DNA from: Halorarum halobium
GTDB taxonomy: Archaea; Halobacteriota; Halobacteria; Halobacteriales; Haloferacaceae
Length of the DNA: 64,000 nucleotides
Assembly: GCF_032116555.1 (NCBI RefSeq)
Contig: NZ_CP134949.1
Span: 186,001-250,000, forward strand
Direction of reading: 5' to 3'
In this document: positions 10,323 to 21,166 of the stretch, piece after piece
How the letters are laid out: every line of letters begins with the position of its first letter
How positions within the stretch are numbered: the first letter of the stretch is position 1
Program-made: the position numbers and the translations under genes
The notes under the pieces: model-generated
What the model was told of the DNA's origin: nothing
Databases searched by the model: none
The model's input: only the letters and a program-made list of their open reading frames with translations

Positions 10323-11213
10323 ATGAGAGAGACGCTCGACGCGCTCGCGGCCGGGGACCTCACGCCCGCCGAGGCCGAGGCCCGGCTCCGGGGCTACGCC
10401 ACCGCCGACCTCTCGGCAGCCGCCGACCCGGCAGATTCCACCGACGCCGCCGACGGCTCCCGGGCCAGCACCGCTGACGGATCCACGACCGCCGGCGGGG
10501 GCGGAGCATCCGGGAGCGCCGCGACGAGAACCGCGCTGTTCGACGCCAGCAGGGAGCGCCGCCGCGGCCTCCCGGAGGGCATCCTGGCCGAGGGGAAGAC
10601 GCCCGCCGAGACCGCCGCGCTGGCGGAGACGGCCCTGGAGACGACCGGCCGCGCGCTGGTCACCCGGGCGGACGACCGGACGGCCGACCGGGTCCGCACG
10701 TCGCTCGCGGCGGTCGCCCCCGACGCGACCGTCGAGCGCGACGCCCGGGCGCGGACGGTCGTCGCCACCGTCCCCGACTTCGAGCGCCCCGAGATCGACG
10801 CGACCGTCGCGGTCGTCACCGGCGGGACGGCCGACGCCGCCGCGGCGGGCGAGGCCGCGGTCGTCGCCCGCGAGGCCGGCCCGGACGTGAAACTGATCGA
10901 GGACGTCGGCGTCGCAAACCTCGACCGCATGCTCGACGCAGTCGGGGAGTTCCGGGACGCGGACAGCCTCGTCGTCGCGGCCGGGCGGGAGGGCGCGCTC
11001 CCGACCGTCGTCGCCGGACTGGTGGACGTGCCGGTCGTCGGGCTGCCGGTCTCGTCGGGCTACGGCGCCGGCGGCGACGGGCGGGCGGCGCTGCTCGGCC
11101 TCCTGCAGTCCTGTACGGTGCTCTCGACGGTCAACGTCGACGCCGGGTTCGTCGCCGGGGCGCAGGCGGCCCTCGTCGCGAGATCCGTGGCACGTGCCCG
11201 CACGGGCGGCTGA
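10323..11213 (+). CDS. larB: LarB / PurE-like carboxylase (nickel-pincer cofactor biosynthesis family)
   Basis: PEGILAEGKT, GGTAD, DVGVA, AGREGALPTVVAGL, PVSSGYG, LQSC, VNVDAGF. Confidence 0.88.
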   Translation: MRETLDALAAGDLTPAEAEARLRGYATADLSAAADPADSTDAADGSRASTADGSTTAGGGGASGSAATRTALFDASRERRRGLPEGILAEGKTPAETAALAETALETTGRALVTRADDRTADRVRTSLAAVAPDATVERDARARTVVATVPDFERPEIDATVAVVTGGTADAAAAGEAAVVAREAGPDVKLIEDVGVANLDRMLDAVGEFRDADSLVVAAGREGALPTVVAGLVDVPVVGLPVSSGYGAGGDGRAALLGLLQSCTVLSTVNVDAGFVAGAQAALVARSVARARTGG

Positions 11214-11325
11214 TTTCGAACGTTTGAACGGGGCAACGAAGTCGATCTTGCCACGAATCGTGAAAGGGTATATCAGTCGTGGCGGCGTATCCGCCCCCAC
11301 CGGCAGTGGTGGATGCCGGTCGACC

Positions 11326-11478
11326 ATGCCACGCTGCGACAACTGCGGGTCGCACGTCTCGGACCGCTTTGTCCGCGTGTTCAGCGACGAGCACGGGCGA
11401 CTCAACGCCTGTCCGTCGTGTTCCGCGAACGCGGGGATCGCCGAAGTGGCGCGAGAACGGACCCGCGTCGACGACTGA
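11326..11478 (+). CDS. Small CxxC...CxxC zinc-finger protein
   Basis: MPRCDNCGSHVSDRFVRVF...CPSC; typical haloarchaeal micro-protein. Confidence 0.8.
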   Translation: MPRCDNCGSHVSDRFVRVFSDEHGRLNACPSCSANAGIAEVARERTRVDD

Positions 11479-11631
11479 ATCGCTCGGAACCCGTCCACAA
11501 CGCGCCCGGTTCGCGGTGCGCTGGGGGTTCCCGGTTGCAGTACGGGCCGCACGGTGCCCGCGCCGATCCGGCCGGTGACCGGACCGACCGCGTGCCGGCC
11601 GACTTATGCTCCGGGCACCCGACTCGCCGCC

Positions 11632-11880
11632 GTGACCGACCACTTCGTCTACCTCCTCGAGTGTGCCGACGGCAGCTTCTACACCGGCTACACGACCGAC
11701 GTGGAGCGGCGCGTCGCGGAACACGACGCCGGCGAGGGCGCGAAGTACACCCGCGGTCGCACCCCGGTCGAACTGGTCCACGTGGAGGCGTTCGACTCGA
11801 AGTCGGCCGCGATGGCCCGCGAGTACGACGTCAAACAGCTCTCCCGGCGGCGGAAGGAGCGACTCGTCGGGGAGGACTGA
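11632..11880 (+). CDS. GIY-YIG nuclease family protein (UPF0213-like)
   Basis: [35 protein letters not shown]. Confidence 0.9.
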   Translation: MTDHFVYLLECADGSFYTGYTTDVERRVAEHDAGEGAKYTRGRTPVELVHVEAFDSKSAAMAREYDVKQLSRRRKERLVGED

Positions 11881-11923
11881 CGCAGGGGCAGCGAGGGGGG
11901 GACCGGGTGGGAAGCGACCGCGG

Positions 11924-12529
11924 TTACGGCACGTCCAGGAACTCGTCCTTGTGGCCGGCGTAGTGGGCGACCCGCCGGCCGAGCTTCAGCGTGCGCTCGC
12001 GGAGCGCGTCGTCGACGAACTCGTAGCGGGACTCGGCACCGATGCCCTCGCCCGGGCCGTCGCGCTTCTCGAAGCGGTCGCGGGCGTTCCGGAGGCCGAC
12101 CTGGAGCGGCACGGTCCAGCCGTGGACGCCCCTGACCGTCGCCCGCATGTGTGCCAGCGTCGACTCGTAGGAGCCGCCCCCGGCCGCGGCGAACAGCCCG
12201 ACGACGGTGTCCTCGTACTCGTCGAACGAGCACCAGTCGTGGAAGCTGCGGAACGCCGAGGAGTACGAGCCGTGGTACACCGGCGAGCCGAGGAGGACGC
12301 CGTCGGCGGCCCGCATCCGTTCGAGCAGGTCCGCGACGTCGCCGGCCTCGGCGACGTCTCGGTCGGGGTCGTACAGCGGCGCGTCGACCGCCGGGTCGCC
12401 CAGGTCGATGTAGTCGGTCTCCGCGCCGTACTCGGCGGCCGAATCGAGCGCGTAGTGGAGCGCGGCGCGGGTGTAGCTCCCGTCGCGGCGCGAGCCACAG
12501 ACCGCGACCACACGAGGTGCCTCTGCCAT
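11924..12529 (-). CDS. NADPH-dependent FMN reductase
   Basis: VCGSRRDGSYT, GSPVYHGSYS motifs. Confidence 0.9.
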   Translation of the reverse strand: MAEAPRVVAVCGSRRDGSYTRAALHYALDSAAEYGAETDYIDLGDPAVDAPLYDPDRDVAEAGDVADLLERMRAADGVLLGSPVYHGSYSSAFRSFHDWCSFDEYEDTVVGLFAAAGGGSYESTLAHMRATVRGVHGWTVPLQVGLRNARDRFEKRDGPGEGIGAESRYEFVDDALRERTLKLGRRVAHYAGHKDEFLDVP

Positions 12530-12652
12530 TGCTTCCACTCCGAGGGCGGAGGCGAAAAGCGACACGATAGCATCGCCGGCCCCCCGGCGGCGGCATCGAC
12601 CCGCACGCCGCCGCGACACCGGCTTTTTCTCCTCGGCCGGCGATTTTGCGGT

Positions 12653-14035
12653 ATGGACACCGACGCCATCGCCTTCGGGACGGACGGCTGGCGGGCGACG
12701 CTCGACACGTTCACCGACGAGCGCGTCCGCGCGGTCGGACAGGCGGTCGCCGACTACCTGGACGAGGCCGGCGAGTCCGGCCCGGTCCTCGTCGGCTACG
12801 ACGCCCGCCCGACGAGCGAGGGGTTCGCCGACTCGCTCGCCGCGGTGCTCTCGGGCAACGGCTTCGACGTGCTGCTCCCCGAGCGGGACTGCCCGACGCC
12901 GCTGGTCGCCCACGCCATCGTCGAGCGCGGCGCGGCGGGCGCGATGATGCTCACCGCCTCGCACAACCCGCCGGAGTACAACGGCGTGAAGTTCGTCCCG
13001 AGCGACGGCGCGCCGGCGCTCCCCGAGGTGACCGAGCGAATCGAGGCGAACCTCCGCGAACCCGACCCGGCGGCGTCCGCCGACGAACGTGGGGAGATCG
13101 AGCGCGTCGACCTCGTGAGTCCCCACGCCGAGCACGCCCGTGACCTCGTCGACGCCGACCTCTCCGGGCTGACGGTCGCCTACGACGCGATGCACGGCAG
13201 CGGGCGCGGCGTCACCGACGCCCTCCTCGAATCTGCCGGGGCCGACGTGATCCGCCTCCGCTGCGAGCGGGACGCCGAGTTCGGCGGGTCGCCGCCGGAA
13301 CCGAGCGCCGACAACCTCGCGGCGCTCGTCGAGGCGGTCGAACGCGGCGACGCCGACCTGGGCATCGCCAACGACGGCGACGCCGACCGTCTCGCGGTCG
13401 TCACCCCCCAGGGCGGCTTCCTCGACGAGAACCTGTTCTTCGCGGCGACGTACGACGGCATGCTGGACGAGCAGTCCGGCCCCGCCGTCCGCACCGTCTC
13501 GACGACGTTCCTCATCGACCGCGTCGCGGAGGCGCACGGCGAGGACGTCTTCGAGACGGCGGTCGGGTTCAAGTGGGTCGCGCGGGCCATCGCCGAGCAC
13601 GACGCCCTCATCGGCGGCGAGGAGTCGGGCGGGTTCACCGTCCGCGGGCACGTCCGTGAGAAGGACGGCGTGCTGATGGCGCTGTTCGCGGCCGCACTGG
13701 AGGCCGACGAGCCGTACGACGAGCGCGTCGACCGCCTCGAGGGCGAACACGGTCGCATCGTCGCGGACAAGACCAGCGTCGACTGCCCGGACGACGAGAA
13801 GGCGCGGGTCATCGACGAACTCGCCGAGCACATTCCCGACGAGGTGGCCGGGCAGGCGGTCGCCGACGTGGTGACCGTCGACGGCTTCAAGCTGCTGCTG
13901 GCGGACGGCTCCTGGATGCTCGTCCGGCCGAGCGGGACGGAGCCGAAGATGCGCATCTACGCCGAGTCGAGTTCCGCGGAGCGCTCGCGGGCGATTCTTG
14001 CGGACGGGCGGGAGCTAGTCGCGCCGCTCGTGTAG
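12653..14035 (+). CDS. pmm: Phosphoglucomutase/phosphomannomutase
   Basis: FGTDGWR, TASHNP, DGDADR, GGEESGG, RPSGTEPK. Confidence 0.93.
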   Translation: MDTDAIAFGTDGWRATLDTFTDERVRAVGQAVADYLDEAGESGPVLVGYDARPTSEGFADSLAAVLSGNGFDVLLPERDCPTPLVAHAIVERGAAGAMMLTASHNPPEYNGVKFVPSDGAPALPEVTERIEANLREPDPAASADERGEIERVDLVSPHAEHARDLVDADLSGLTVAYDAMHGSGRGVTDALLESAGADVIRLRCERDAEFGGSPPEPSADNLAALVEAVERGDADLGIANDGDADRLAVVTPQGGFLDENLFFAATYDGMLDEQSGPAVRTVSTTFLIDRVAEAHGEDVFETAVGFKWVARAIAEHDALIGGEESGGFTVRGHVREKDGVLMALFAAALEADEPYDERVDRLEGEHGRIVADKTSVDCPDDEKARVIDELAEHIPDEVAGQAVADVVTVDGFKLLLADGSWMLVRPSGTEPKMRIYAESSSAERSRAILADGRELVAPLV

Positions 14036-14440
14036 GGCGCCGCGCAGTCTGTGCTCCTCCGACGCATTCTCCTCGTCGCTCTCGACCTCGAACCCCAGCG
14101 ACTCGTAGAACGGCGCGATGTCCGCGCGGAAGTCGGCCGTGAGCGTCCCGTCCGCGCGCTCGGCCGCGGTTCGGACGAGGTCGCCGCCGATCCCTCCCCC
14201 GCGGCGACGACGCCGGACGGCGACGGCTTCGACGTGGCTCCCGTCGAGCACGAGCGCGCCGGTGACGGTGCCGTCGTCGACCGAGACGAGCACCTCGCCC
14301 GCACGGAGTCGGTGCTCGAGGTCGTCGGGGACGTCTAGCAGCGCGCCGTTCAGGACTCGCCGAACGTCGAGCGCGTCGTCCGGGGTCGCGTCTCGAACCG
14401 CCGTCCTGCTGGCGTCGGTCCCGCCATCGGAATCTGTCAT
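14015..14440 (-). CDS. GNAT family N-acetyltransferase
   Basis: AVAVRRRRRGGGIG acetyl-CoA motif, FYESLGF. Confidence 0.85.
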   Translation of the reverse strand: MTDSDGGTDASRTAVRDATPDDALDVRRVLNGALLDVPDDLEHRLRAGEVLVSVDDGTVTGALVLDGSHVEAVAVRRRRRGGGIGGDLVRTAAERADGTLTADFRADIAPFYESLGFEVESDEENASEEHRLRGALHERRD

Positions 14441-14637
14441 CCGCCCTTGATGAGTCGGAGCACCTTCACCCGACTCGCGTCGACCGCGCGGTCGTCGGGG
14501 ACCGGCGAGCCGTCGACCAGCGCCGTCACCTCGTGCGGGGAGTAGCCCACGGCCCGGCAGAGGTCGGCGTACGTCGCGTCGGCGTCGACGGAGACGTCCT
14601 CGGTCCCCTCGCCGACGACCTCGACGGTCACGTCCAT
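14437..14637 (-). CDS. samp2: Small archaeal modifier protein 2 (ubiquitin-like)
   Basis: 66 aa beta-grasp protein ending VLRLIKGG; near rfc. Confidence 0.9.
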   Translation of the reverse strand: MDVTVEVVGEGTEDVSVDADATYADLCRAVGYSPHEVTALVDGSPVPDDRAVDASRVKVLRLIKGG

Positions 14638-14745
14638 ATCCGGTTTCGGCGGGCTGCGGGTTTCAGCGTTTGCTCTCGGTTCCGTTTGATGGGGTCTCGA
14701 ACTACCTCGCTGCTGTCGCCCTCGGTGCAGGATCAATCGTCGCTT

Positions 14746-14870
14746 CGACCGCCTCGAAAGCCCCCGCGGCTCTCGGCTCGGTGCGGCCGCTGCGCTCCTC
14801 GGCTCGCTCGCCTGCGATGCTCGTCCCTCGCACGAGCGGCCGCGCTGGCGCGCGGCCGCCGCGCGCCACG
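14746..14870. repeat. Modular palindromic intergenic repeat, copy C
   Basis: 14760-14801 is the exact 42-nt reverse complement of 53451-53492; ends resemble the right half of copy D, reversed. Confidence 0.8.
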
Positions 14871-14933
14871 AGGATCAGATGAGTTTGCGACCCGGAAGCT
14901 CACCGGTAATCGACGGCAGCGGAAACCGTGAAT

Positions 14934-16016
14934 TCACCGCGACCGGACCCGCGGTGCGGTCCCCGTACCCAGGAGCGCGAGCGACAGGATTCCGACGGAG
15001 CCGAGCACGTGCAGTAACCCGAGCGCGGCGGCCGCGATCGCGACGAGAAGCGTGGCGGACGCCGTCGAAACCCGGTTCGTGGAAAACCGCCCGGCGACGG
15101 CGCGGCCGACGGCCAGCGTTCCGACCGCCAGCGAGAGCAGCACGCCCGCGAGCAGCAGCGGGACGAGCAGGCCGAGCAGCGGCAGGCCGACGACCGTGGC
15201 GGCGACGAGGACGACGCCGAGCATCGAGGCGAGCGCGACGCCGACGCCGCGGCCGAGCGTCCGTGCCGGCGCGTCGGCGACCCCTGCGGCCAGCGTCTCG
15301 GTCCGCGGGTCCACGCGGGCGAGCGCCACCCCGAGCAGGCCGCCCAGAAGCGGGAGCAGCACGGGCAGCCAGCCGGCCAGCCGGATCGCGACCCCGGCCG
15401 GGCCGAGCAATGCGTCGGTCGGCCGGCGCTCGCCGGCCACAGTGCCGCCGCGGTCCCGGAGCCGTGCGTCGTACTCGAAGTCGCCGCCCACGGTCGCGCC
15501 CTCGGCCAGCACGGCCGTCGCGCCGAGCACCGTCGCGTCGCCCGTCTCGCCCGCGATGGTGACCGTCTCGCCGCCGGCGTTGACGTCGCCGACGCTCCCG
15601 GTCCCGGCGACCTCGACGGTGCCGCCGTAGGCGGTGACCGGGCCGCGGACCTCACCTGCGAGGAGCACGCGCCCGCCGAACGCCTGCGCGTCGCCGGTCA
15701 CGACCGCGCCCTCGGTCAGCACGACGACCCCGCCGTACGCCCGGAGGTCGCCCTCGACCGTGCCGGCGACGACGACGCGGCCGCCGCTCGCGGTCACGTC
15801 GCCCGCGACCGTCTCGTTCGGGGCGACCGCGACGGTGGTGAACGGCCCGGACGGGACGCCGGTGGCGTTAGCGTTCTCGGTCGATGACTGGGTGCCCGCG
15901 GCCGTAGCGGGTGTGGCGACGGCGGCGATGCCCCCGCCGACCGCGCCGCCCAGAAGGACGAGACAGCACGCCCCGACGAGCGCGACGCGGGTCGTGCGGG
16001 GGGCACTGGTCGACAC
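14934..16016 (-). CDS. Membrane protein with a bactofilin-like (polymer-forming) beta-helix repeat domain
   Basis: Signal peptide; repeated GxVxVxGxVxGD units; several C-terminal TM helices. Confidence 0.75.
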   Translation of the reverse strand: MSTSAPRTTRVALVGACCLVLLGGAVGGGIAAVATPATAAGTQSSTENANATGVPSGPFTTVAVAPNETVAGDVTASGGRVVVAGTVEGDLRAYGGVVVLTEGAVVTGDAQAFGGRVLLAGEVRGPVTAYGGTVEVAGTGSVGDVNAGGETVTIAGETGDATVLGATAVLAEGATVGGDFEYDARLRDRGGTVAGERRPTDALLGPAGVAIRLAGWLPVLLPLLGGLLGVALARVDPRTETLAAGVADAPARTLGRGVGVALASMLGVVLVAATVVGLPLLGLLVPLLLAGVLLSLAVGTLAVGRAVAGRFSTNRVSTASATLLVAIAAAALGLLHVLGSVGILSLALLGTGTAPRVRSR

Positions 16017-16067
16017 GCGAGCGGGTTTCCGGGGCGCGGGTATAGGTTTCGTGGTCCCGCCGTCGGA

Positions 16068-16268
16068 TCAACGGCCGTCCCGCAGTCGGGCGAACGCGTA
16101 CCAGCAGAGCCCGGCGGTGCCGACGACGAAGCCGCCCCACAGCAGGAGGCCGCTGTCGAACAGGTCCGGCACGAGGTGGGTGACCCCGCCGACGAGCGAG
16201 CAGAGGACGCCGAACAGGAGGAGCACGAGGGCGTCGAACTGGACCCGGGTGACGGAGGGCGTCGCCAT
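16068..16268 (-). CDS. Small two-TM membrane protein
   Basis: 66 aa, two hydrophobic helices. Confidence 0.6.
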   Translation of the reverse strand: MATPSVTRVQFDALVLLLFGVLCSLVGGVTHLVPDLFDSGLLLWGGFVVGTAGLCWYAFARLRDGR

Positions 16269-16356
16269 GCGGGACGCGACGGGCGGGGTCGTGAAAACGC
16301 GTTCGGGACGTGACCGTCTCGGGGTGTTTATGCCGACGGCCGACCCACCACCGTCC

Positions 16357-17346
16357 ATGAGCGAGGCCGACGCCGCGGACGGGGGGGCCACGACCGGCCG
16401 GGAGGTCTGGATCGAGAAGTACCGGCCACAGACGCTCGCGGACGTCCACGGGCACGAGGACATCGTCTCGCGCCTGCGGAGCTACATCGACCGGAACGAC
16501 CTGCCGCACCTCCTGTTCGCGGGGCCGGCCGGCGTCGGGAAGACGACCTGTGCGGTCGCCATCGCGAAGGAGATCTACGAAGACGACTGGCAGACGAACT
16601 TCCTCGAACTGAACGCCTCGGACCAGCGCGGCATCGACGTGGTGCGCGACCGCATCAAGAGCTTCGCGCGCTCGTCGTTCGGCGGCTACGACTACCGGGT
16701 CATCTTCCTCGACGAGGCCGACTCGCTGACCGACGACGCCCAGTCGGCGCTCCGCCGGACGATGGAGCAGTTCTCGGACAACACCCGCTTCGTCCTCTCG
16801 TGTAACTACTCCTCGAAAATCATCGACCCCATCCAGTCGCGGTGTGCCGTCTTCCGCTTCTCGCCGCTCTCGGACGAGGCGGTCGCGGCGCAGGTCCGCG
16901 AGATCGCCGGAATCGAGGGGATCGAACTCACCGAGGACGGCCTCGACGCGCTCGTCTACGCGGCCGACGGCGACATGCGCCGGGCCATCAACTCCCTTCA
17001 GGCGGCCGCGACGACCGGCGGCGAGGTGGACGAGGAGGCCGTCTACCAGATCACCGCCACAGCCAGGCCCGAGGAAATCGAGGCGATGGTCGCGGACGCG
17101 CTCGACGGGGACTTCTCGAAGTCCCGCGCGACGCTCGACACCCTGCTCACGGAGACGGGGATGGCCGGCGGCGACGTCATCGACCAGCTTCACCGTTCGG
17201 TCTGGGACTTCGGGCTGACGGACCGCGAGGCGGTCCGGCTGATGGAGCGCATCGGCGAGGCCGACTACCGGATCACGGAGGGCGCGAACGAGCAGGTGCA
17301 ACTGGAAGCGCTCTTGGCGTCGCTGGCGCTGGATTCGGACGACTGA
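16357..17346 (+). CDS. rfcS: Replication factor C small subunit (intein-free)
   Basis: [33 protein letters not shown]. Confidence 0.96.
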   Translation: MSEADAADGGATTGREVWIEKYRPQTLADVHGHEDIVSRLRSYIDRNDLPHLLFAGPAGVGKTTCAVAIAKEIYEDDWQTNFLELNASDQRGIDVVRDRIKSFARSSFGGYDYRVIFLDEADSLTDDAQSALRRTMEQFSDNTRFVLSCNYSSKIIDPIQSRCAVFRFSPLSDEAVAAQVREIAGIEGIELTEDGLDALVYAADGDMRRAINSLQAAATTGGEVDEEAVYQITATARPEEIEAMVADALDGDFSKSRATLDTLLTETGMAGGDVIDQLHRSVWDFGLTDREAVRLMERIGEADYRITEGANEQVQLEALLASLALDSDD

Positions 17347-17592
17347 CCGTTACTCGGCTCCGGTTCGCCAGCCCGGTTCTGCGGCTCCGACCTTTCGTCC
17401 CAGTTTCCCGACTCCGGTTCCTCGACCCCTTCGCTTCCGGTGGAATCACGATCGGTCGGTGACGACGCCGGTCGAACTCCGAGCGCTCGCGGGTCCGACC
17501 GAGCACCGCTCCGGGAGCCAGGCCCGACCGAAAACCCGGCACGGAGCGGATGGACAAGAATTTAAGCCGGCCGGGCGAACCGTCAGGCCACC

Positions 17593-17745
17593 ATGACCAA
17601 GAAATCGAAGGCGAAGAAGAAGCGCCTGGGCAAACTGGAGCGGCAGAACAGCCGCGTCCCGGCCTGGGTGATGATGAAGACCGACATGGACGTCACGCGC
17701 AACCCGAAGCGTCGCCACTGGCGGCGAAGCGACACGGACGAGTAA
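17593..17745 (+). CDS. rpl39e: 50S ribosomal protein L39e
   Basis: [30 protein letters not shown]...RRHWRR; not in the ORF track; TTTAAG TATA-like box ~30 nt upstream. Confidence 0.95.
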   Translation: MTKKSKAKKKRLGKLERQNSRVPAWVMMKTDMDVTRNPKRRHWRRSDTDE

Positions 17746-18021
17746 ATGAGCGCGAACGACTTCGAGGAGCGGGTCGTCACCGTCCCGCTCCGCGACGCCA
17801 AGCAGGCACCCAAGCAGGAGCGGGGCGACCGCGCGATGTCGCTCATCCGCGACCACCTCGCACAGCACTTCTCGGTCGAGGCGGACGAGGTCCGACTCGA
17901 CCCCGCCGTGAACGAGACCGTCTGGGAGCGCGGGCGCCAGAACCCGCCGAGCAAACTCCGCGTCCGCGCGGCCCGCTTCGACGAGGACGGCGAGGTCGTC
18001 GTCGAGGCAGAGCCGGCCTGA
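17746..18021 (+). CDS. rpl31e: 50S ribosomal protein L31e
   Basis: [31 protein letters not shown]. Confidence 0.95.
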   Translation: MSANDFEERVVTVPLRDAKQAPKQERGDRAMSLIRDHLAQHFSVEADEVRLDPAVNETVWERGRQNPPSKLRVRAARFDEDGEVVVEAEPA

Positions 18022-18031
18022 TTGGATTCAC

Positions 18032-18697
18032 GTGCTCCGCGTCTCCTTCGAAGGATCGTCGTACGTCGGCGTCTACGCACACGTCTCGACCGGCTGTCTG
18101 CTCGTGCGCCCGGACGCCGACGCGGACCTGGTCGACTCGCTGGCCGGGGAGTTCGGCGTCCCCGCGATCACCACCACGGTCGGCGGCTCGGGCACCGTCG
18201 GCGCGCTGACCGCGGGCAACGAGAACGGCACGCTCGTCTCCCGGCAGGCGACCGACCGCGAGATCGAGACCATCCGCGAGGCGACCGACGGCGCCGTCGC
18301 GCGCCTCCCCGGGAAGCTCAACGCCGCCGGCAACGTCGTGCTGGCGAACGACACCGGCGCGTGGGTCCACCCGGACCTGACCGACGACGCGCTCGCGGTC
18401 GTCGCCGACACCCTCGACGTGCCCGTCGAGCGCGGCTCGCTCGCGGACGTGAACACCGTCGGCACCGCCGCGGTGGCGAACAACACCGGGGTGCTCTGTC
18501 ACCCGCAGTCCGGCGAGGAGGAACTCGAGGCCGTCGAGGAGCACCTCGACGTGTACGCCGATCTGGGCACCGTGAACTACGGCGCGCCGCTGGTCGGGTC
18601 GGGGCTGCTCGCCAACGACGACGGCTACGTCATCGGCGAGGACACGACGGGACCGGAGCTGGGTCGGATCGAGGACACGCTCGGGTTCATCGAGTAG
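18032..18697 (+). CDS. eif6: Translation initiation factor 6
   Basis: [27 protein letters not shown]. Confidence 0.95.
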   Translation: MLRVSFEGSSYVGVYAHVSTGCLLVRPDADADLVDSLAGEFGVPAITTTVGGSGTVGALTAGNENGTLVSRQATDREIETIREATDGAVARLPGKLNAAGNVVLANDTGAWVHPDLTDDALAVVADTLDVPVERGSLADVNTVGTAAVANNTGVLCHPQSGEEELEAVEEHLDVYADLGTVNYGAPLVGSGLLANDDGYVIGEDTTGPELGRIEDTLGFIE

Positions 18698-18789
18698 CGC
18701 CCGTTTGTACGGTTTCTTCCGCCCCTAGAATTTCGGGGGTCAGAGCGGGATTTGCTCCGTTCGATCCGCCGGTTCCGCGGTCGAGCAGA

Positions 18790-19066
18790 CCACTGCTGCT
18801 TGGCCCAGGAGGGCCTCGCCCTCCCGTCCCTCGGAGCGAGTTCCTCGGAACTCACCCTCGCTCCGCTCGCGTGAGCAGCCGCTTGCGCTCCTCGCTCGCA
18901 GGCTCGCTCGCGTGAACGGAGGCCCGCCGGCACGCGCCGACCTGTACGTGGACGGACGAACCACGTGGCGCGCGGCGGTCGCGCGGCGCGAGTCCCGCGA
19001 AGGGCGAGGAGCACGGAGCGTGCCGCGGGGGCCGAGCGCCGCGGGGGGCTTTCGAGGCAGTCGTCA
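18790..19066. repeat. Modular palindromic intergenic repeat, copy D (composite)
   Basis: Left half shares a 33-nt and a 20-nt block with copy A; right half is a reversed copy-C-like unit ending GGGGCTTTCGAGGCAGTCG. Confidence 0.78.
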
Positions 19067-19198
19067 CGACACCCGAGACGCCGCCGGATGCGACACGTCG
19101 TGGTGGCTTCGAGAAACTCGCAACCGTCGAAAATCGACGTTGAACGGCCGGACCCATCGGAACTGGCACGAACGGACGAAACAGTCGAACCGAGCCGA

Positions 19199-19996
19199 TC
19201 AGAGGTTCGACGCGCCCGAGCCGCCGTCGATGGGGACCGCCACGCCGTTGATGAATCCGGACCGGGGCGAGGAGAGGAACGCCACGGTGTTGCCGAGTTC
19301 GATCGGGTCGCCGATGCGGCCCAGCGGGACCTCCTCGCCGCGGGCCGCGAGCGCTTCCTCGTAGGAGCCGTACTCGCCGCGCTCGACGGCGGCCTCCATC
19401 AGGTTCTCGATGCGCGAGGTCTCGTGGGACCCGGGGAGGACCGCGTTCGCCCGGACCTCCGGGGCGAGTTCCCGCGAGAGCGTCTTCTCCAGGCCGACGA
19501 CGCTCATCCGCACGGCGTTCGAGAGCACGAGGTTGTCGATGGCTTCCTTCACGCTCCGGGAGGTGATGGTGACGACGGTGCCGCCGCCGTCCGCGCGCAG
19601 CGGGTCGGCCGCCTCGCGGACCAGGCGGACGACGCTCATGACGAGCAGGTCGTACGCGTGGTACCAGTCCTCGTCGGTCGTGTCGAGGAACGGACCGCTC
19701 GGCGGGCCGCCGGCGCTCGTCACCAGGTGGTCCAGCCCGCCGAACTCCTCGACCGTTCGCTCGACGAGCGCCGCGACCTCGGCCGCGTCGGTCAGATCCG
19801 CTGGCTGGCCGACGACCCGCGCGTCCCCGGCGGCCTCGGCCTCGACCTCCTCGACGGCCGCCGCCAGGCGCTCCTCGTCGCGACCGTTCAACACGACGTC
19901 GACCCCCTCGCGGGCCAGTGCCGTCGCGCTCGCCTTCCCGAGGCCGCTGCTGGAGGCGGTCACCAGCGCCGCGTTCCCCTCGATGTCGAACTCCAT
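19199..19996 (-). CDS. SDR family oxidoreductase
   Basis: ALVTASSSGLG, SAGGPP, FLSSPRSGFING. Confidence 0.92.
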   Translation of the reverse strand: MEFDIEGNAALVTASSSGLGKASATALAREGVDVVLNGRDEERLAAAVEEVEAEAAGDARVVGQPADLTDAAEVAALVERTVEEFGGLDHLVTSAGGPPSGPFLDTTDEDWYHAYDLLVMSVVRLVREAADPLRADGGGTVVTITSRSVKEAIDNLVLSNAVRMSVVGLEKTLSRELAPEVRANAVLPGSHETSRIENLMEAAVERGEYGSYEEALAARGEEVPLGRIGDPIELGNTVAFLSSPRSGFINGVAVPIDGGSGASNL

Positions 19997-20164
19997 GGTC
20001 GCTAGGTCGCCACCGGTCGCAAAAAACCTCCCGTGCGAGGCCGCCACCGTCGGGAACGGCCGGCGCCGGTCCGACGGGACGTCCGGGCCCGCCCGACCGG
20101 ACGGCCGCGGCGGTCGCTTTCGCAGAAAGTAACGGTTAAACGCCGGGCGTCCCGTCCTTCCCGT

Positions 20165-21043
20165 ATGCAACGACGCGCCGCTGCCGTCTACGTCGCGTTC
20201 TTCCTCGTCGTGGGGGCGGTGTCGTTCTCCCTCATCGCCACCGCGAGCGCGCCGCACTTCTCCGTGGAGGACCCGGAGTACACGCTCGAAGGGGGGGAGA
20301 GCTTCACCGTTGACGGGACCCAGTACAACGTCCAGAGCATCGAGGCGGAGATGACCGGCGGCGGGGGCGGCGGCCACGGCGGCGGCGGGGGCGCGACCCT
20401 GGAGCGCTCGGCGACGCTCAACTGGACGAACTCGTCGGCCCGCTACACGCAGGCGTGGGAGAACGGGTCGACCGTGACCTACGACGGGGACGACTGGAAC
20501 GTCTCCATCGAGCCGAGCGCGGACCCGAGCGAGGTCACGCTCAGGGAGGCGCAGAACCACACCGCCATCCTCTCCGAGGACCCGGCCGTCGAGAACGAGA
20601 CGACGACCGTCGACGGGCAGGTGTACGTCGTCCAGCGCGCGGGCGAGAACGGCTCGCGCGAACTGATCCCGGCGGAGGACTACTTCCCGGCCCCGGCGAC
20701 CCAGCAGTTCAGTGAGGGCGACGAGGTCCAGTTCGCGGGCAACGAGACGACCGTCGCGGCCGTCTCGAACACGACGGTGACTCTCGAGTGGTTCGCCCCA
20801 CAGACCAACGAGATCGCCGTCGAGGACACCGCGAACGTCTCCATCGGCGCGAACACGTACTTCGCGCACTTCCCGAACAACGAGACGCTGGCCTTGACCC
20901 AGGACTACGGCCAGTATCAGGCCTACCAGGAGCAGTCCACGGCGTTCAAGACCCACAGCGACGGGCTCTGGGGCGTCACCCTCCTGAGCGGCCTCATCAG
21001 CGTCTTCGTGACCGGGCTGGCGTACCTCCCGTCGCGGTACTGA
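20165..21043 (+). CDS. Membrane-anchored extracellular hypothetical protein
   Basis: N-terminal signal/TM, many N-x-S/T sequons, C-terminal TM ending YLPSRY. Confidence 0.8.
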   Translation: MQRRAAAVYVAFFLVVGAVSFSLIATASAPHFSVEDPEYTLEGGESFTVDGTQYNVQSIEAEMTGGGGGGHGGGGGATLERSATLNWTNSSARYTQAWENGSTVTYDGDDWNVSIEPSADPSEVTLREAQNHTAILSEDPAVENETTTVDGQVYVVQRAGENGSRELIPAEDYFPAPATQQFSEGDEVQFAGNETTVAAVSNTTVTLEWFAPQTNEIAVEDTANVSIGANTYFAHFPNNETLALTQDYGQYQAYQEQSTAFKTHSDGLWGVTLLSGLISVFVTGLAYLPSRY

Positions 21044-21166
21044 CCGCCCCGAACCGGGACATCGGCCTCCCACCTCCGGCTACGGGGCCGACGTTCGACT
21101 ACACGGTCGACGTTCGACTAAACGACCGACTTCCGACAACCGGTTTCCTTCCGCGCAGTTCGTCAC

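Noticed and set aside
16357..17346. Inteins in rfcS (and in mcm)
   Set aside because: Both proteins have normal length and continuous motifs
21090..21120. GACGTTCGACTA direct repeat x2
   Set aside because: Only two copies, between convergent gene ends, with no supporting context
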